The position numbers and the translations under genes were made by a program. Positions 9,569 to 18,217 of a DNA stretch of 58,284 bases are shown here, one piece after another (position 1 is the first letter of the stretch; every line of letters begins with the position of its first letter). Origin of the DNA: Candidatus Zhuqueibacterota bacterium (GTDB lineage Bacteria; BS750m-G25); NCBI GenBank assembly GCA_016783505.1, contig JADHWK010000012.1, positions 1-58,284 of the forward strand, given 5' to 3'. The notes beneath the pieces were generated by a model. The model was not told where the DNA came from. It worked only from the letters and a program-made list of their open reading frames with translations, and did not search any database.

Positions 9569-9810
9569 ATCTGTGCTGCCGCCTCCTGAAACCACCGCTT
9601 CAGCGTGGATGGGGAGGGGATCTTGCCCTGGGAAAAGAGCTTCCCGTTGATTAACAGCCCCGGGGTCATCATCACCCACTTTGAAATTTCATTTCGGTCG
9701 GTGACTAGCCGAACATCAGCGTCTATCCCCAGTTCAGCCAGGGCGTCAACGGTCAGTTGCTCCAGCTTGTGGCAGTTGGCACAGCCCGGTCCTAAAATTT
9801 TGATCTCCAT
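9565..9810 (-). CDS. Small thioredoxin-like redox protein (MTH895/TM0996 type)
   Basis: IKILGPGCANC, MTPGLLING; typical ars-cluster member. Confidence 0.88.
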   Translation of the reverse strand: MEIKILGPGCANCHKLEQLTVDALAELGIDADVRLVTDRNEISKWVMMTPGLLINGKLFSQGKIPSPSTLKRWFQEAAAQI

Positions 9811-9935
9811 ATTCACTAGCTTTCACCTGAATAATACTCTTTTTACTCCCATCTCCTCCACCAGATGAGAGGAAACCCCATTTAAAATATCTTGTTTTCC
9901 CCCTTCCTTGATGGCTAACTAATACCCCTCCACTT

Positions 9936-10005
9936 AAATCCCCCTTTGAATCCCCCCTTTTATTCCCCCCTTTAGAAAAGGGGGGTTAGGGGGGATTTAG
10001 AGGGT
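9936..10005. repeat. REP-like C-run/G-run palindrome
   Basis: Three tandem TCCCCC(C)TTT units followed by AAAAGGGGGG-TTA-GGGGGGATTT; folds into a hairpin. Confidence 0.55.
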
Positions 10006-10143
10006 TAAAGATGTGGGTATTAGTTAGTGTTTGTAGAAGATAACTATATTTTTATGCTCCTTGGTCCCGAAAGTTGGGGATGATTGTTTCATTCTCTTTC
10101 ATGCAAGATCAAACCTAGCCGCAGACTTCATGTCTGCGTATAG

Positions 10144-10638
10144 TTACTTCGGGGAAGCGTCCCTGATCCATTCCCTCAGTTTCTCCTTAACCGGCACACG
10201 GCCGGAGGAGACCAGCTTTCGGTTAATCACCAGGCCCGGGAGGGGCACGACGCCGTGGCCGGCGATCTCGGTGGTGTCAGTGACATGAATCAGGTCAGCC
10301 CTGACATTAAGTTCCACCAAGACAGCCTGTATGTCCCGGAAGAGTTTATCGCAGTTGGGACAGCCGGGGCCCAGCACCCGGATGGTCAGCCCCTCCGCTT
10401 CTTCATCCACCGATTCCCCCAGGAACCGCCGGTATTCCCGGAACAGGGCTTTTTTATACGCTTTTTCCAAACTGGTAGGGACGTAATTGCCCTTTTTCAC
10501 CCCGTCCAGTAACCTTTGCTTTAAATTGTCCTCGCTGGGTGGATTTTCTGAATGAATGATCTCCAAGATGTGGTCAAGGCCGATGATGCCGACGGGAGAC
10601 CCAGCTATTGAGATCTGTTTGATCTTTCCTGTAGACAT
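10144..10638 (-). CDS. Thioredoxin-like protein (MTH895-type C-terminal domain with N-terminal extension)
   Basis: IRVLGPGCPNC, PGLVIN..SSGRVP. Confidence 0.82.
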   Translation of the reverse strand: MSTGKIKQISIAGSPVGIIGLDHILEIIHSENPPSEDNLKQRLLDGVKKGNYVPTSLEKAYKKALFREYRRFLGESVDEEAEGLTIRVLGPGCPNCDKLFRDIQAVLVELNVRADLIHVTDTTEIAGHGVVPLPGLVINRKLVSSGRVPVKEKLREWIRDASPK

Positions 10639-10640
10639 TA

Positions 10641-10817
10641 TTATTTATCCATCTCATTTAAAAAACTGAGAATCTTTTCCCGAATAATATCCCTGATTTT
10701 TCGAAAAAAAGCCAGCTTTTGCTCTTTAGTTCCCCTTATTCAAATCATACTGGTTGGGCAGGGAAATAGTGTATGATCTGGAATTTTACGATGGAATCAC
10801 CAGATTTTGTGACTCAT
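10641..10817 (-). pseudogene. arsC: Remnant of LMW-PTP-type arsenate reductase (C-terminal fragment only)
   Basis: Minus strand 10739-10641 reads IRGTKEQKLAFFRKIRDIIREKILSFLNEMDK*, matching the ArsC C-terminus pattern; ATG 10817 follows the acr3 stop but CxxNSCRS is absent and two TGA intervene. Confidence 0.65.
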
Positions 10818-12005
10818 TTAGTTTATCCTCAGGGCGCTTTCTCCGGGAAACCAACCCCGGGTCCTCAGACAGATCTTCACCAGCATCAGCATTACCGGCA
10901 CTTCGATCAATACCCCTACCACCGTGGCCAGGGCCGCTCCAGAGTTGAGGCCGAATAACATCACTGCAGTGGCAATAGCTACCTCAAAATGGTTACTTGC
11001 CCCAATCATTGCTGAAGGAGCTGCATCCTGATAGCGCAATTTTATCAACTTAGCTAATCCATAAGTCATCCAAAAGATCAGGTTTGTTTGAATAAAGAGC
11101 GGAATTGCTATCCAAAGTATGGTAAGTGGTTGGGTCAGGATAGTATCTCCTTTAAAGGAAAAGAGTAAAATGAGAGTAAACAACAGAGCAATAATTGACA
11201 CTGGTGTTAGCAAATGTAAAAACTTTTCCTTGAACCATTTCTCGCCTTTTGCCTTTATTATCCATTTTCTGGAAAAATATCCGGCAACCAAAGGTAGTGC
11301 GACATAGATACCTATAGAAAGTAATAATGCCTCCCAGGGAACAGGCAAACGCCCAACCCCAAGGAGAAATCCGCCTAACGGTCCATATAAAAACAACATC
11401 GTTAAAGAATTAATCGCCACCATAACAAGGGTATGTCCATCGTTGCCTTTTGCCAGGTATCCCCACAAAAGCACCATAGCGGTGCAGGGGGCAATTCCCA
11501 GGAGGATACATCCAGCAAGATAACTCCTCCAGAGTGGAATCTCAAACATTTTCAATCCGTTATGCAGCACAACTGTCCCTGCACCTTGGACTGTTCCCAC
11601 GGCCCAGTCAGCGCCAGGAGGAAGTTTTACCAAATCAGTTGCATCAATACCAATGAATTTTTTGAAGAGAATTCCTAGAAAAAAAAGTGATATGGCATAC
11701 ATAGTGAACGGTTTAACTGCCCAATTGGCGAATAGAGTTAAAGCCACTGGTTTGGGAGTTTTCCCTGCTTTGACAATGCTGGCAAAATCTATCTTAACCA
11801 TAATCGGATACATCATAGAAAATAAACAGACTGCAATTGGAATGGAAACCACCGGCGCTTCCTTAACATAAATTGCCAGCCCATCCAGAAATTTCGCCAT
11901 ATTCGGTGCGACTTTACCAATAATAATGCCCGCCCCAATGCATAACAAAACCCAGACAGTAAGATACTTCTCAAAAACATTCAGTTTTTTTTCTTCTTTA
12001 ACTAT
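10818..12005 (-). CDS. acr3: ACR3-family arsenite efflux transporter
   Basis: [57 protein letters not shown]; codon after SD AAGGAG is ATA (12005). Confidence 0.92.
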   Translation of the reverse strand: MVKEEKKLNVFEKYLTVWVLLCIGAGIIIGKVAPNMAKFLDGLAIYVKEAPVVSIPIAVCLFSMMYPIMVKIDFASIVKAGKTPKPVALTLFANWAVKPFTMYAISLFFLGILFKKFIGIDATDLVKLPPGADWAVGTVQGAGTVVLHNGLKMFEIPLWRSYLAGCILLGIAPCTAMVLLWGYLAKGNDGHTLVMVAINSLTMLFLYGPLGGFLLGVGRLPVPWEALLLSIGIYVALPLVAGYFSRKWIIKAKGEKWFKEKFLHLLTPVSIIALLFTLILLFSFKGDTILTQPLTILWIAIPLFIQTNLIFWMTYGLAKLIKLRYQDAAPSAMIGASNHFEVAIATAVMLFGLNSGAALATVVGVLIEVPVMLMLVKICLRTRGWFPGESALRIN

Positions 12006-12017
12006 GACTGATCTCCT

Positions 12018-12188
12018 TTATGCTATCCAAATTATATATATTCCACCAAGAATGACAAGAACCCCACAATTTTTTTTAAGAATTATCGCTCCCTTAGATT
12101 TTTCGTTCCAGTTTAAAAAATGCTGAACAACTTCTGTAAAAGTCCCTGCAAAAACAATTACGGAGCAATGACCAACATGGTAAAGGGC
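12018..12188 (-). pseudogene. ccdA: C-terminal remnant of a CcdA-type cytochrome c biogenesis/thiol-disulfide membrane protein
   Basis: Reads ALYHVGHCSVIVFAGTFTEVVQHFLNWNEKSKGAIILKKNCGVLVILGGIYIIWIA* with in-frame TGA upstream and no start codon; stop overlaps acr3 SD. Confidence 0.65.
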
Positions 12189-12252
12189 TCAACTGCCCAA
12201 TTAATAAAAATCCCCAAAGGGGCTAAATTCTAATTGGAGCGGCCTTGGTTTT

Positions 12253-12621
12253 TCATTGAACTTTCTGAGGCATCGGAATGCTGACGCATTTTCCGCCCGC
12301 GATGGCCTTATTCAGGGCGGTTCGATCCTTTTCAAAATGAGGATGCTGAGCAAAGGCGGTTTGTAGATATTCTTTAAGAAGGGAGAAAGATTCCTGGTCC
12401 AGTTTGGCCAGGGTATAAATGATCCACAGCCCCTCCCTTCGGTCTTCCACCAGCCCCGAGTTTTTCAGGTAAGCCAGGTGCCGGGAGACCTTGGGCTGAC
12501 AATAACCCAGGACACGCTGGATGTCACAAACGCAGATCTCCCCTGCGGTCATGATGAGGTTCAGTATCCTGAGCCGGGCTTCATCGGAGAGGGCTTTAAA
12601 AACCTGGGCTAATTCTTTCAT
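12253..12621 (-). CDS. arsR: ArsR/SmtB family metalloregulator
   Basis: FKALSDEARLRIL, EICVCDI, KVSRHLAYLK. Confidence 0.92.
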   Translation of the reverse strand: MKELAQVFKALSDEARLRILNLIMTAGEICVCDIQRVLGYCQPKVSRHLAYLKNSGLVEDRREGLWIIYTLAKLDQESFSLLKEYLQTAFAQHPHFEKDRTALNKAIAGGKCVSIPMPQKVQ

Positions 12622-12631
12622 CTCTGTAACC

Positions 12632-12692
12632 TATATTTACTAATATGAATATATGCATAAACAAATATAATGAATAAAAAAATAAAAGTCAA
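12632..12692 (-). promoter_or_regulatory. Sigma-70 promoter and probable ArsR operator
   Basis: Minus strand TTGACT-N17-TATATT (12692-12664); imperfect inverted repeat TATATTTA-N6-TGAATATA (12632-12653) just downstream. Confidence 0.6.
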
Positions 12693-12750
12693 GAGAAATT
12701 CTAAAAGGCGTGTATTCCAAGCGATTAGCTAGGAGCCAGTTTACCCTAAA

Positions 12751-13161
12751 TTATGATTCTATCTTCATTTCATAGCTAAATTCACAGACTTGCCTTAACA
12801 TAATAGATACGGCGCAATATTTTTCTTGGGAAAGATTAATCGCTTTTAATAGTTTATCCTCTGGAAGATTTTTCCCTTTAAAAATATAAATCAGTCTGAT
12901 TTCAGTAAATACCTTTGGATGTTCCCCAGCCAATTCGCTTTCAACCCTGATTTTTAGATTGAAGTTTTCCACCCTCATCTTTTGCAGAATAGAGACGACG
13001 TCCATCCCGGTGCATCCGGCTAATGCGGTTAATAGCAGCCCTTTGGGGCGGGGGCCTAAATCTTTCCCACCGAATTCAGGATTAGCATCGAGCGTTATTT
13101 CATGTCCATCCTGAAGGGCTTCAAATGCCATTCCCCCCTTCCAATTCAGTTCAGTTAACAT
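12751..13161 (-). CDS. OsmC/Ohr family (YhfA-like) protein
   Basis: GPRPKGLLLTALAGCTGMDV, PKVFTEI, EKYCAVS. Confidence 0.9.
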   Translation of the reverse strand: MLTELNWKGGMAFEALQDGHEITLDANPEFGGKDLGPRPKGLLLTALAGCTGMDVVSILQKMRVENFNLKIRVESELAGEHPKVFTEIRLIYIFKGKNLPEDKLLKAINLSQEKYCAVSIMLRQVCEFSYEMKIES

Positions 13162-13269
13162 GATCCTCTCCTTAATAGATTTGTAAGATGAACATTATTG
13201 ATTTTCAAGTTAAGAAACCACAGCCTAAAATTCAAGAGAAAATTATGTTATCGGGAATAATTTTTTCCG

Positions 13270-13298
13270 TTGACATACACTTAAAAAATGTTTAAATT
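13270..13298 (+). promoter_or_regulatory. Sigma-70 promoter of ECF operon
   Basis: TTGACA-N17-TAAATT. Confidence 0.55.
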
Positions 13299-13311
13299 GT
13301 TTTGGTTGTGA

Positions 13312-13340
13312 TTCAAACAATTGGCGAAGTTATTCGTATC
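13312..13340 (+). promoter_or_regulatory. Putative autoregulatory ECF promoter
   Basis: TTCAAAC-N16-CGTATC, SigW-like; near-identical motif at 16789-16817. Confidence 0.55.
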
Positions 13341-13357
13341 ATAAACGAGACCTCCTG

Positions 13358-13927
13358 ATGTCGAAACGGGAGATAGACCCCGGGGTCATACGCCGGGCCC
13401 AGGATGGGGATAGGCTCGCTTTCCGAGAACTGTTCGAGCACTATCGGGAGGATGTGGCCCGGGTGGCCTATCAGATGGTGGGGAATTGGGAGGATGCCCG
13501 GGATATCGCCCAGGAGGTCTTCATAAAGATTTTTCGCTCCCTTAACCAATTCGATCCCCGGAGGCGGTTCTTTACCTGGCTGTATCGGCTCACCGTGAAC
13601 GCCAGTATTGACTTCCTGCGAAGGAGGAAGCGGCATCCCGAATATAGTTCCCTGGAGTCAGCCGGCAATGGGCCCCCGACGGTGGGGGAAGCGGCCGGAT
13701 CTTTAGAGAGTCGGGAGATGATGGATATTTTTAAAGGACTGGCTCAGAAGCTGAACCCCAAACAACGATCGGCCTTCGTACTCTGTGACCTGGAAGGGTT
13801 TTCCCCGGCCGAGGCGGCGGGGATCCTAAGAGTTCCCCGGGCGACCCTGCGTTGGCAGCTTCACCAGGCCCGAAAACGATTAAAAGATGGGATCATCAAA
13901 AAATATCCTGAATATTTGCCGGGTTAA
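13358..13927 (+). CDS. ECF sigma-70 family sigma factor
   Basis: AFRELFEHY, DARDIAQEVFIK, FFTWLYRLTVN (region 2); region 4 HTH. Confidence 0.93.
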   Translation: MSKREIDPGVIRRAQDGDRLAFRELFEHYREDVARVAYQMVGNWEDARDIAQEVFIKIFRSLNQFDPRRRFFTWLYRLTVNASIDFLRRRKRHPEYSSLESAGNGPPTVGEAAGSLESREMMDIFKGLAQKLNPKQRSAFVLCDLEGFSPAEAAGILRVPRATLRWQLHQARKRLKDGIIKKYPEYLPG

Positions 13928-13965
13928 GCTGTAAAATTACATTAATCAGGGTGAAGGATTTTGCT

Positions 13966-14067
13966 ATGAAAATGAGAATAGTTTTAGTCATTCTGTGTCT
14001 GATTGCGTTCGGTTCTTCGGCTAAAGATCAAGCTAAAATTGTTCAATATTTTCAGGATACAAATTAG
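13966..14067 (+). CDS. Small ORF (33 aa) with signal-peptide-like N-terminus; possibly a truncated gene
   Basis: MKMRIVLVILCLIAFGSSAKDQAKIVQYFQDTN*, SD GAAGGA upstream. Confidence 0.3.
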   Translation: MKMRIVLVILCLIAFGSSAKDQAKIVQYFQDTN

Positions 14068-14112
14068 GTCATTACGAATAAATGATGATGACAAAATTAC
14101 CGTATAAATTGT

Positions 14113-15024
14113 ATGGGGTTTTCTAAGAAAATGAAGCATCCTCACAGACCTAAAATCAGGGATTCCTTAGATCATCTACATGAATATAGAAGGGTTGAGA
14201 GGAACAAGCTGAAGCTTACCATGGCCATCACTGGGAGTGTAATGGTCATTGAAGTAATTGGTGGCATTCTAACCAATAGTTTAGCCCTACTCAGTGATGC
14301 CGGTCACATGTTTACCCATTTTTTTGCCTTAGGGATTAGTTTTGGGGCAATTATTATAGCTTCCAAAGATCCTTGTCATCATAGAACATTTGGGTTTTAT
14401 CGGGTAGAAATCCTTGCGGCCCTTTTTAACAGTCTCTTCCTGTTTGCGGTGACCGCATACATACTTTACGAAGGAATCGAACGACTTATTCATCCTGAAT
14501 CCATTTTAGGACTTCAGATGTTCCTTGTAGCGGTAGTCGGTCTTATTGTAAATGTAATAAGTGTGTTAATTTTGCGGGGAAGCACAAGGGATGATCTCAA
14601 TGTCAGAGGGGCTTTTCTCCATATGTTAGCAGATACGGTTTCCTCTGTCGTAATTGTAATTGGGGCAATTATCCTTTATTTTACTAATTGGTATATTATT
14701 GATCCTTTGTTAGGCATTGGTATTTCATTGGTAATTTTTATGTGGGCGTGGGGTCTTTTTAGGGATGCTATTAATATTCTATTAGAAGCGGCACCTAGAG
14801 GAGTTAATATAGATGTTGTAAGCGCTGAACTTAAAAAAGAAGTCCCCGAGATTCAAGGTATCCACGATATGCACATCTGGGTGATTACCTCAAATATGTA
14901 TTCATTGACAGCGCATATAGGCATTGGCGAAAACCGGAGGAAATCAAAAGAAGTTCTTAAGAGAATAAATAGATTGTTGAATGAAAAATATGACATTGAA
15001 CATACTACAATTCAGTTTGATTAA
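14113..15024 (+). CDS. czcD: Cation diffusion facilitator (CzcD/ZitB-like Zn/Co/Cd exporter)
   Basis: SLALLSDAGHM, TFGFYRVEILAALFN, NVRGAFLHMLAD, HDMHIW, EHTTIQ; start could be 14131. Confidence 0.9.
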   Translation: MGFSKKMKHPHRPKIRDSLDHLHEYRRVERNKLKLTMAITGSVMVIEVIGGILTNSLALLSDAGHMFTHFFALGISFGAIIIASKDPCHHRTFGFYRVEILAALFNSLFLFAVTAYILYEGIERLIHPESILGLQMFLVAVVGLIVNVISVLILRGSTRDDLNVRGAFLHMLADTVSSVVIVIGAIILYFTNWYIIDPLLGIGISLVIFMWAWGLFRDAINILLEAAPRGVNIDVVSAELKKEVPEIQGIHDMHIWVITSNMYSLTAHIGIGENRRKSKEVLKRINRLLNEKYDIEHTTIQFD

Positions 15025-15042
15025 ATTGAGGGGGTAACAACA

Positions 15043-15630
15043 ATGGGTTGTCGAAAAGGTAGGCGATTGATCCAGCGTCATCTGGACGGTGACCTGAAGC
15101 CCGAGCGGAAAGCTTGGCTAAAGGCCCATCTGAAGGATTGTCCCGCTTGCAATCGGGAATTCCGACAACTGTCGGGCGCCGTTCAGTTAATGAGGAAAGC
15201 AGCTTCAATCCGGCAGACGCCGGATTTCGGGGAGGCCCTCTGGGCGGGGGTTTTGGATGGGCTGGAAAAGGAATCCCTTGGGGAGCGATGGAAGAGGCGC
15301 TGGTGGGAGTTCTGGGGTGAAATTCCCATTCCCTCCCTCCGGTTCATACCCATCCCCGCCCTGGCGGGTGGAATAGTGGTGTTAGCGGTTGTTCTGCTCC
15401 TTTCGTTGCTCCCCCGGACCGACAGGTGGGTTCCCGCTTATTCGCCCGGGGAACTGGTGATTGGGTTCCCCCAGCTCTTGGCATCGGGAACCGATGACCG
15501 AGGCTCAGTTTTGTATTACAGCTCTGGGGTAGGTGTGGAAACCCGCTATCCCCTGGAGACCCTCGACCCCGCCAAGGTCAATTACCGCCTTGTTCCGACG
15601 TCTACCATAGAGGTATTAGAATTGTTCTGA
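15043..15630 (+). CDS. Zinc-finger (zf-HC2/ZAS) anti-sigma factor, single TM
   Basis: C..HLDGDL..HLKDCPAC, one TM helix, short periplasmic tail. Confidence 0.85.
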   Translation: MGCRKGRRLIQRHLDGDLKPERKAWLKAHLKDCPACNREFRQLSGAVQLMRKAASIRQTPDFGEALWAGVLDGLEKESLGERWKRRWWEFWGEIPIPSLRFIPIPALAGGIVVLAVVLLLSLLPRTDRWVPAYSPGELVIGFPQLLASGTDDRGSVLYYSSGVGVETRYPLETLDPAKVNYRLVPTSTIEVLELF

Positions 15631-15640
15631 GGAGGGATTC

Positions 15641-16687
15641 ATGAAAAGGATGTTCTGGGTCCTGTTGGGTGTTGTCTGGGTGGTGGCCGGTTGTGGGAGG
15701 GGGAGCGGGGACCAAGTGGTGGTAGTTCTGCAACAGGGCATAAGGAAAGCCGTTGAAGGGTCTAGGGGGGCAGTAGTCTCCTTGATGGTAAGACACGATC
15801 CCTGTCACTGCAGGGGCGAATGCACCTGCCCCCGGGCAGTGGGTTCCGGGGTGCACGTGGGGGATGGGTATATCGTGACCACTGAAGGATTACTGCACGA
15901 CGCTATGGGGGTTACCGTTTCCCTGCAGGATGGGGCTCAGGTGCCCGGTCAAATAGTGGGTAAAGATTTTGAAACCAATCTGGGGCTGGTGCGGGCGGAG
16001 AGGACTGATTTTCCCGCCATCCCCTGGGGAAATTCAGACCATGTCCACCGGGGGGATCTGGGCATTCTGGTGGGTAATACCTATTATTCCCTGGGGGTGG
16101 CAGCTTCGATGGGCATGCTGGGCCGGACCTGGATCGGTGGTGATGATGGATACGATGAACCCCTGCTGGTGCTTCATACGGCTTTAAATCAGGGCCAAAG
16201 CGGTGCCCCAGTGTTGACCATCAACGGGGAATGGGTGGGATTGGCCGATGGGAAAATCCAGGATAATGATAACGTTTGCACGATCATTCCAGTTAATACT
16301 ATCCGTAAAGTTTTTCCCTTGCTTAAAGAAAAGGGCGGGATCGCCCGGGGCTGGTTGGGCATAAAATCGGAGTTCCTCTGCGAGGATGAAAGACTGCGGG
16401 GAAAGGTGGAGGAGTGGAAGGATAAGGGGATAGTGGTGCTTGAGGTCATTCCCGATGGCCCCGCCGCCCGCGCCGGGCTCAGGATCGGGGATGTGATCGT
16501 AGAGATGGAGGATCATGAGATCTCCAACCTTGCAGACCTAAGGCCCAGAGTTACTACGATGCTAAAAGGAAAGACCGTAGAATTACAGATCCATCGTGAC
16601 GGTGAAGAAATGAAAATAAGGGTCACCTTAGGGGATCTTCGTCCGGAAGAAGACCGCATGAGGCGCTGCGGCAGCCGCTCTGTTTAA
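15641..16687 (+). CDS. HtrA/DegS-like trypsin + PDZ lipoprotein, catalytic triad degenerate
   Basis: Lipobox VAGC; GSGV, GKDFETNLGL, NQGQSGAP, RGWLGI, GPAARAGLRIGDVI. Confidence 0.85.
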   Translation: MKRMFWVLLGVVWVVAGCGRGSGDQVVVVLQQGIRKAVEGSRGAVVSLMVRHDPCHCRGECTCPRAVGSGVHVGDGYIVTTEGLLHDAMGVTVSLQDGAQVPGQIVGKDFETNLGLVRAERTDFPAIPWGNSDHVHRGDLGILVGNTYYSLGVAASMGMLGRTWIGGDDGYDEPLLVLHTALNQGQSGAPVLTINGEWVGLADGKIQDNDNVCTIIPVNTIRKVFPLLKEKGGIARGWLGIKSEFLCEDERLRGKVEEWKDKGIVVLEVIPDGPAARAGLRIGDVIVEMEDHEISNLADLRPRVTTMLKGKTVELQIHRDGEEMKIRVTLGDLRPEEDRMRRCGSRSV

Positions 16688-16731
16688 GCTTTAAATTAGT
16701 TAACATAAAAAATGTTGTCAGATATCTCTGC

Positions 16732-16762
16732 AAAAGGCATCGCATCACTCGGTGCCTTTTTT
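16732..16762 (+). terminator. Rho-independent terminator after ECF operon
   Basis: AAAAGGCATC...GGTGCCTTTTTT stem with U-tract. Confidence 0.65.
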
Positions 16763-16788
16763 GTTTCTGCAAGAATGCCCATAATCTT

Positions 16789-16820
16789 TTCAAACGCTCT
16801 TATGCGATTTTACGTATAAT
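16789..16820 (+). promoter_or_regulatory. Putative ECF promoter of the cusCBA-like operon
   Basis: TTCAAAC-N17-CGTAT (overlaps a TATAAT). Confidence 0.5.
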
Positions 16821-16895
16821 AGGTGGAAAGGTTAATGGTTGGAATGTTAATTTGGGTAGTTTTCATTCAGTCAGTTAATGTAAAAAGGGAACACA

Positions 16896-18194
16896 ATGAG
16901 GAATCTAAAGCCATTCGTCATTTTATTTTTCAACATTATCTTCTGGACGATCTTAGGTTCGGTTTCCCTGGCCTTGTCACCAGAGGATCATGGTAACGGC
17001 AGGGCGGTACTAGAAAGATACATTGAGGAAGCCCTGGAAAAGAACCCTGAAATAAAGGCCCTGGAGAGGGACCGGGATGCCTACCAGGCTCGGGTGCCCC
17101 AGGCCGGAGCCCTGCCCGATCCCCAACTGGGGATCAGCCTGATGAACCTGCCTGTCAACTCCTTCAGCTTCTCCCAGGAACCCATGACGGGCAAGGTCCT
17201 CACCGCCATGCAGATGGTCCCCTTTCCCGGCAAGCTGGACCTAAAGGAGAAAATAGCGGAAAAGGAAGCCCTGATTGCGGATCGACTCTATGAGAATAAA
17301 AGAAATGAGATCATAAGAAAGGTGAAAGAAACCTACTTTTACTTATACTTCATACGAAAAGCCATTCAGATTACTGAAAAGAACAAAAACCTGATGGCCC
17401 AGTTCGTTCAGATCGCCCAGACCAAATACGGTGTAGGGACTGGTATTCAGCAGGATGTCCTTCGGGCCCAGCTGGAGCTGTCCAAGTTTACCGATAGGTT
17501 GATCACCCTGGGGCAGAAGGAAAAGGCGTTAAAGGCCCGGTTGAACACCCTGCTTAACCGACCCCCAAGATCTGGGGTCAGTGATTTAGGGGAACTTGAA
17601 CCGACCCTTTTTGAACATACCCTCGATGACCTTGAGGGGCTGGTGATGGCGGATAACCCCATGCTTCAAGCCGCAAAGACCATGGTTGAAAAAGGGGAGA
17701 AGGGCTACCGTCTGGCTCAGAAGGATTATCTGCCAAACTTTGGCTTTTCTTTTAGTTATAATCAACGGGAGGAGATAGCCGGAAAGAGCGAAGGAAATGA
17801 CTACTTCTCGGGGATGGTCATCCTGAATATTCCCCTCTACTTCTGGCGGAAGCAGAGAAAACACGTGGAGGAGACCCAATTAAAGTTGTCCGCCGCTGAG
17901 GAGGGCTATCAACATTTAAAAAACGAGTTATCTTTCAAGATCAGCGATCTTTTTACGGATGCCTTAAAAGGGTGGGATTTGTTGGAACTATACAGAACGG
18001 GGATTATCCCTCAGGCAAGCCAGTCCCTGAATTCCACCCTGGCCGGCTATCAGGTCAACAAGGTGGATTTTCTGACCCTTTTGAACGGACAGATGACACT
18101 TTTTAAATATGAAGTCGATTACTACCGCATCCTGGCCGACTACGAGAAGGACCTGGCCGCCATTGAGATGGTGGTAGGAAAACGATTGTTCTAA
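16896..18194 (+). CDS. TolC-family outer-membrane factor (CusC-like)
   Basis: Signal peptide, ALEKNPEI, AGALPDP, QMVPFPGKL, IPLYFWRKQ; first gene of RND triad. Confidence 0.9.
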   Translation: MRNLKPFVILFFNIIFWTILGSVSLALSPEDHGNGRAVLERYIEEALEKNPEIKALERDRDAYQARVPQAGALPDPQLGISLMNLPVNSFSFSQEPMTGKVLTAMQMVPFPGKLDLKEKIAEKEALIADRLYENKRNEIIRKVKETYFYLYFIRKAIQITEKNKNLMAQFVQIAQTKYGVGTGIQQDVLRAQLELSKFTDRLITLGQKEKALKARLNTLLNRPPRSGVSDLGELEPTLFEHTLDDLEGLVMADNPMLQAAKTMVEKGEKGYRLAQKDYLPNFGFSFSYNQREEIAGKSEGNDYFSGMVILNIPLYFWRKQRKHVEETQLKLSAAEEGYQHLKNELSFKISDLFTDALKGWDLLELYRTGIIPQASQSLNSTLAGYQVNKVDFLTLLNGQMTLFKYEVDYYRILADYEKDLAAIEMVVGKRLF

Positions 18195-18217
18195 GAAAAA
18201 TTTTTCCGGAGTTCGAC

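Noticed and set aside
10740-10800. Two in-frame TGA codons in the arsC remnant as possible selenocysteine
   Set aside because: The read-through product is only 58 aa, the TGAs do not align with ArsC catalytic Cys positions, and no SECIS-like hairpin is evident
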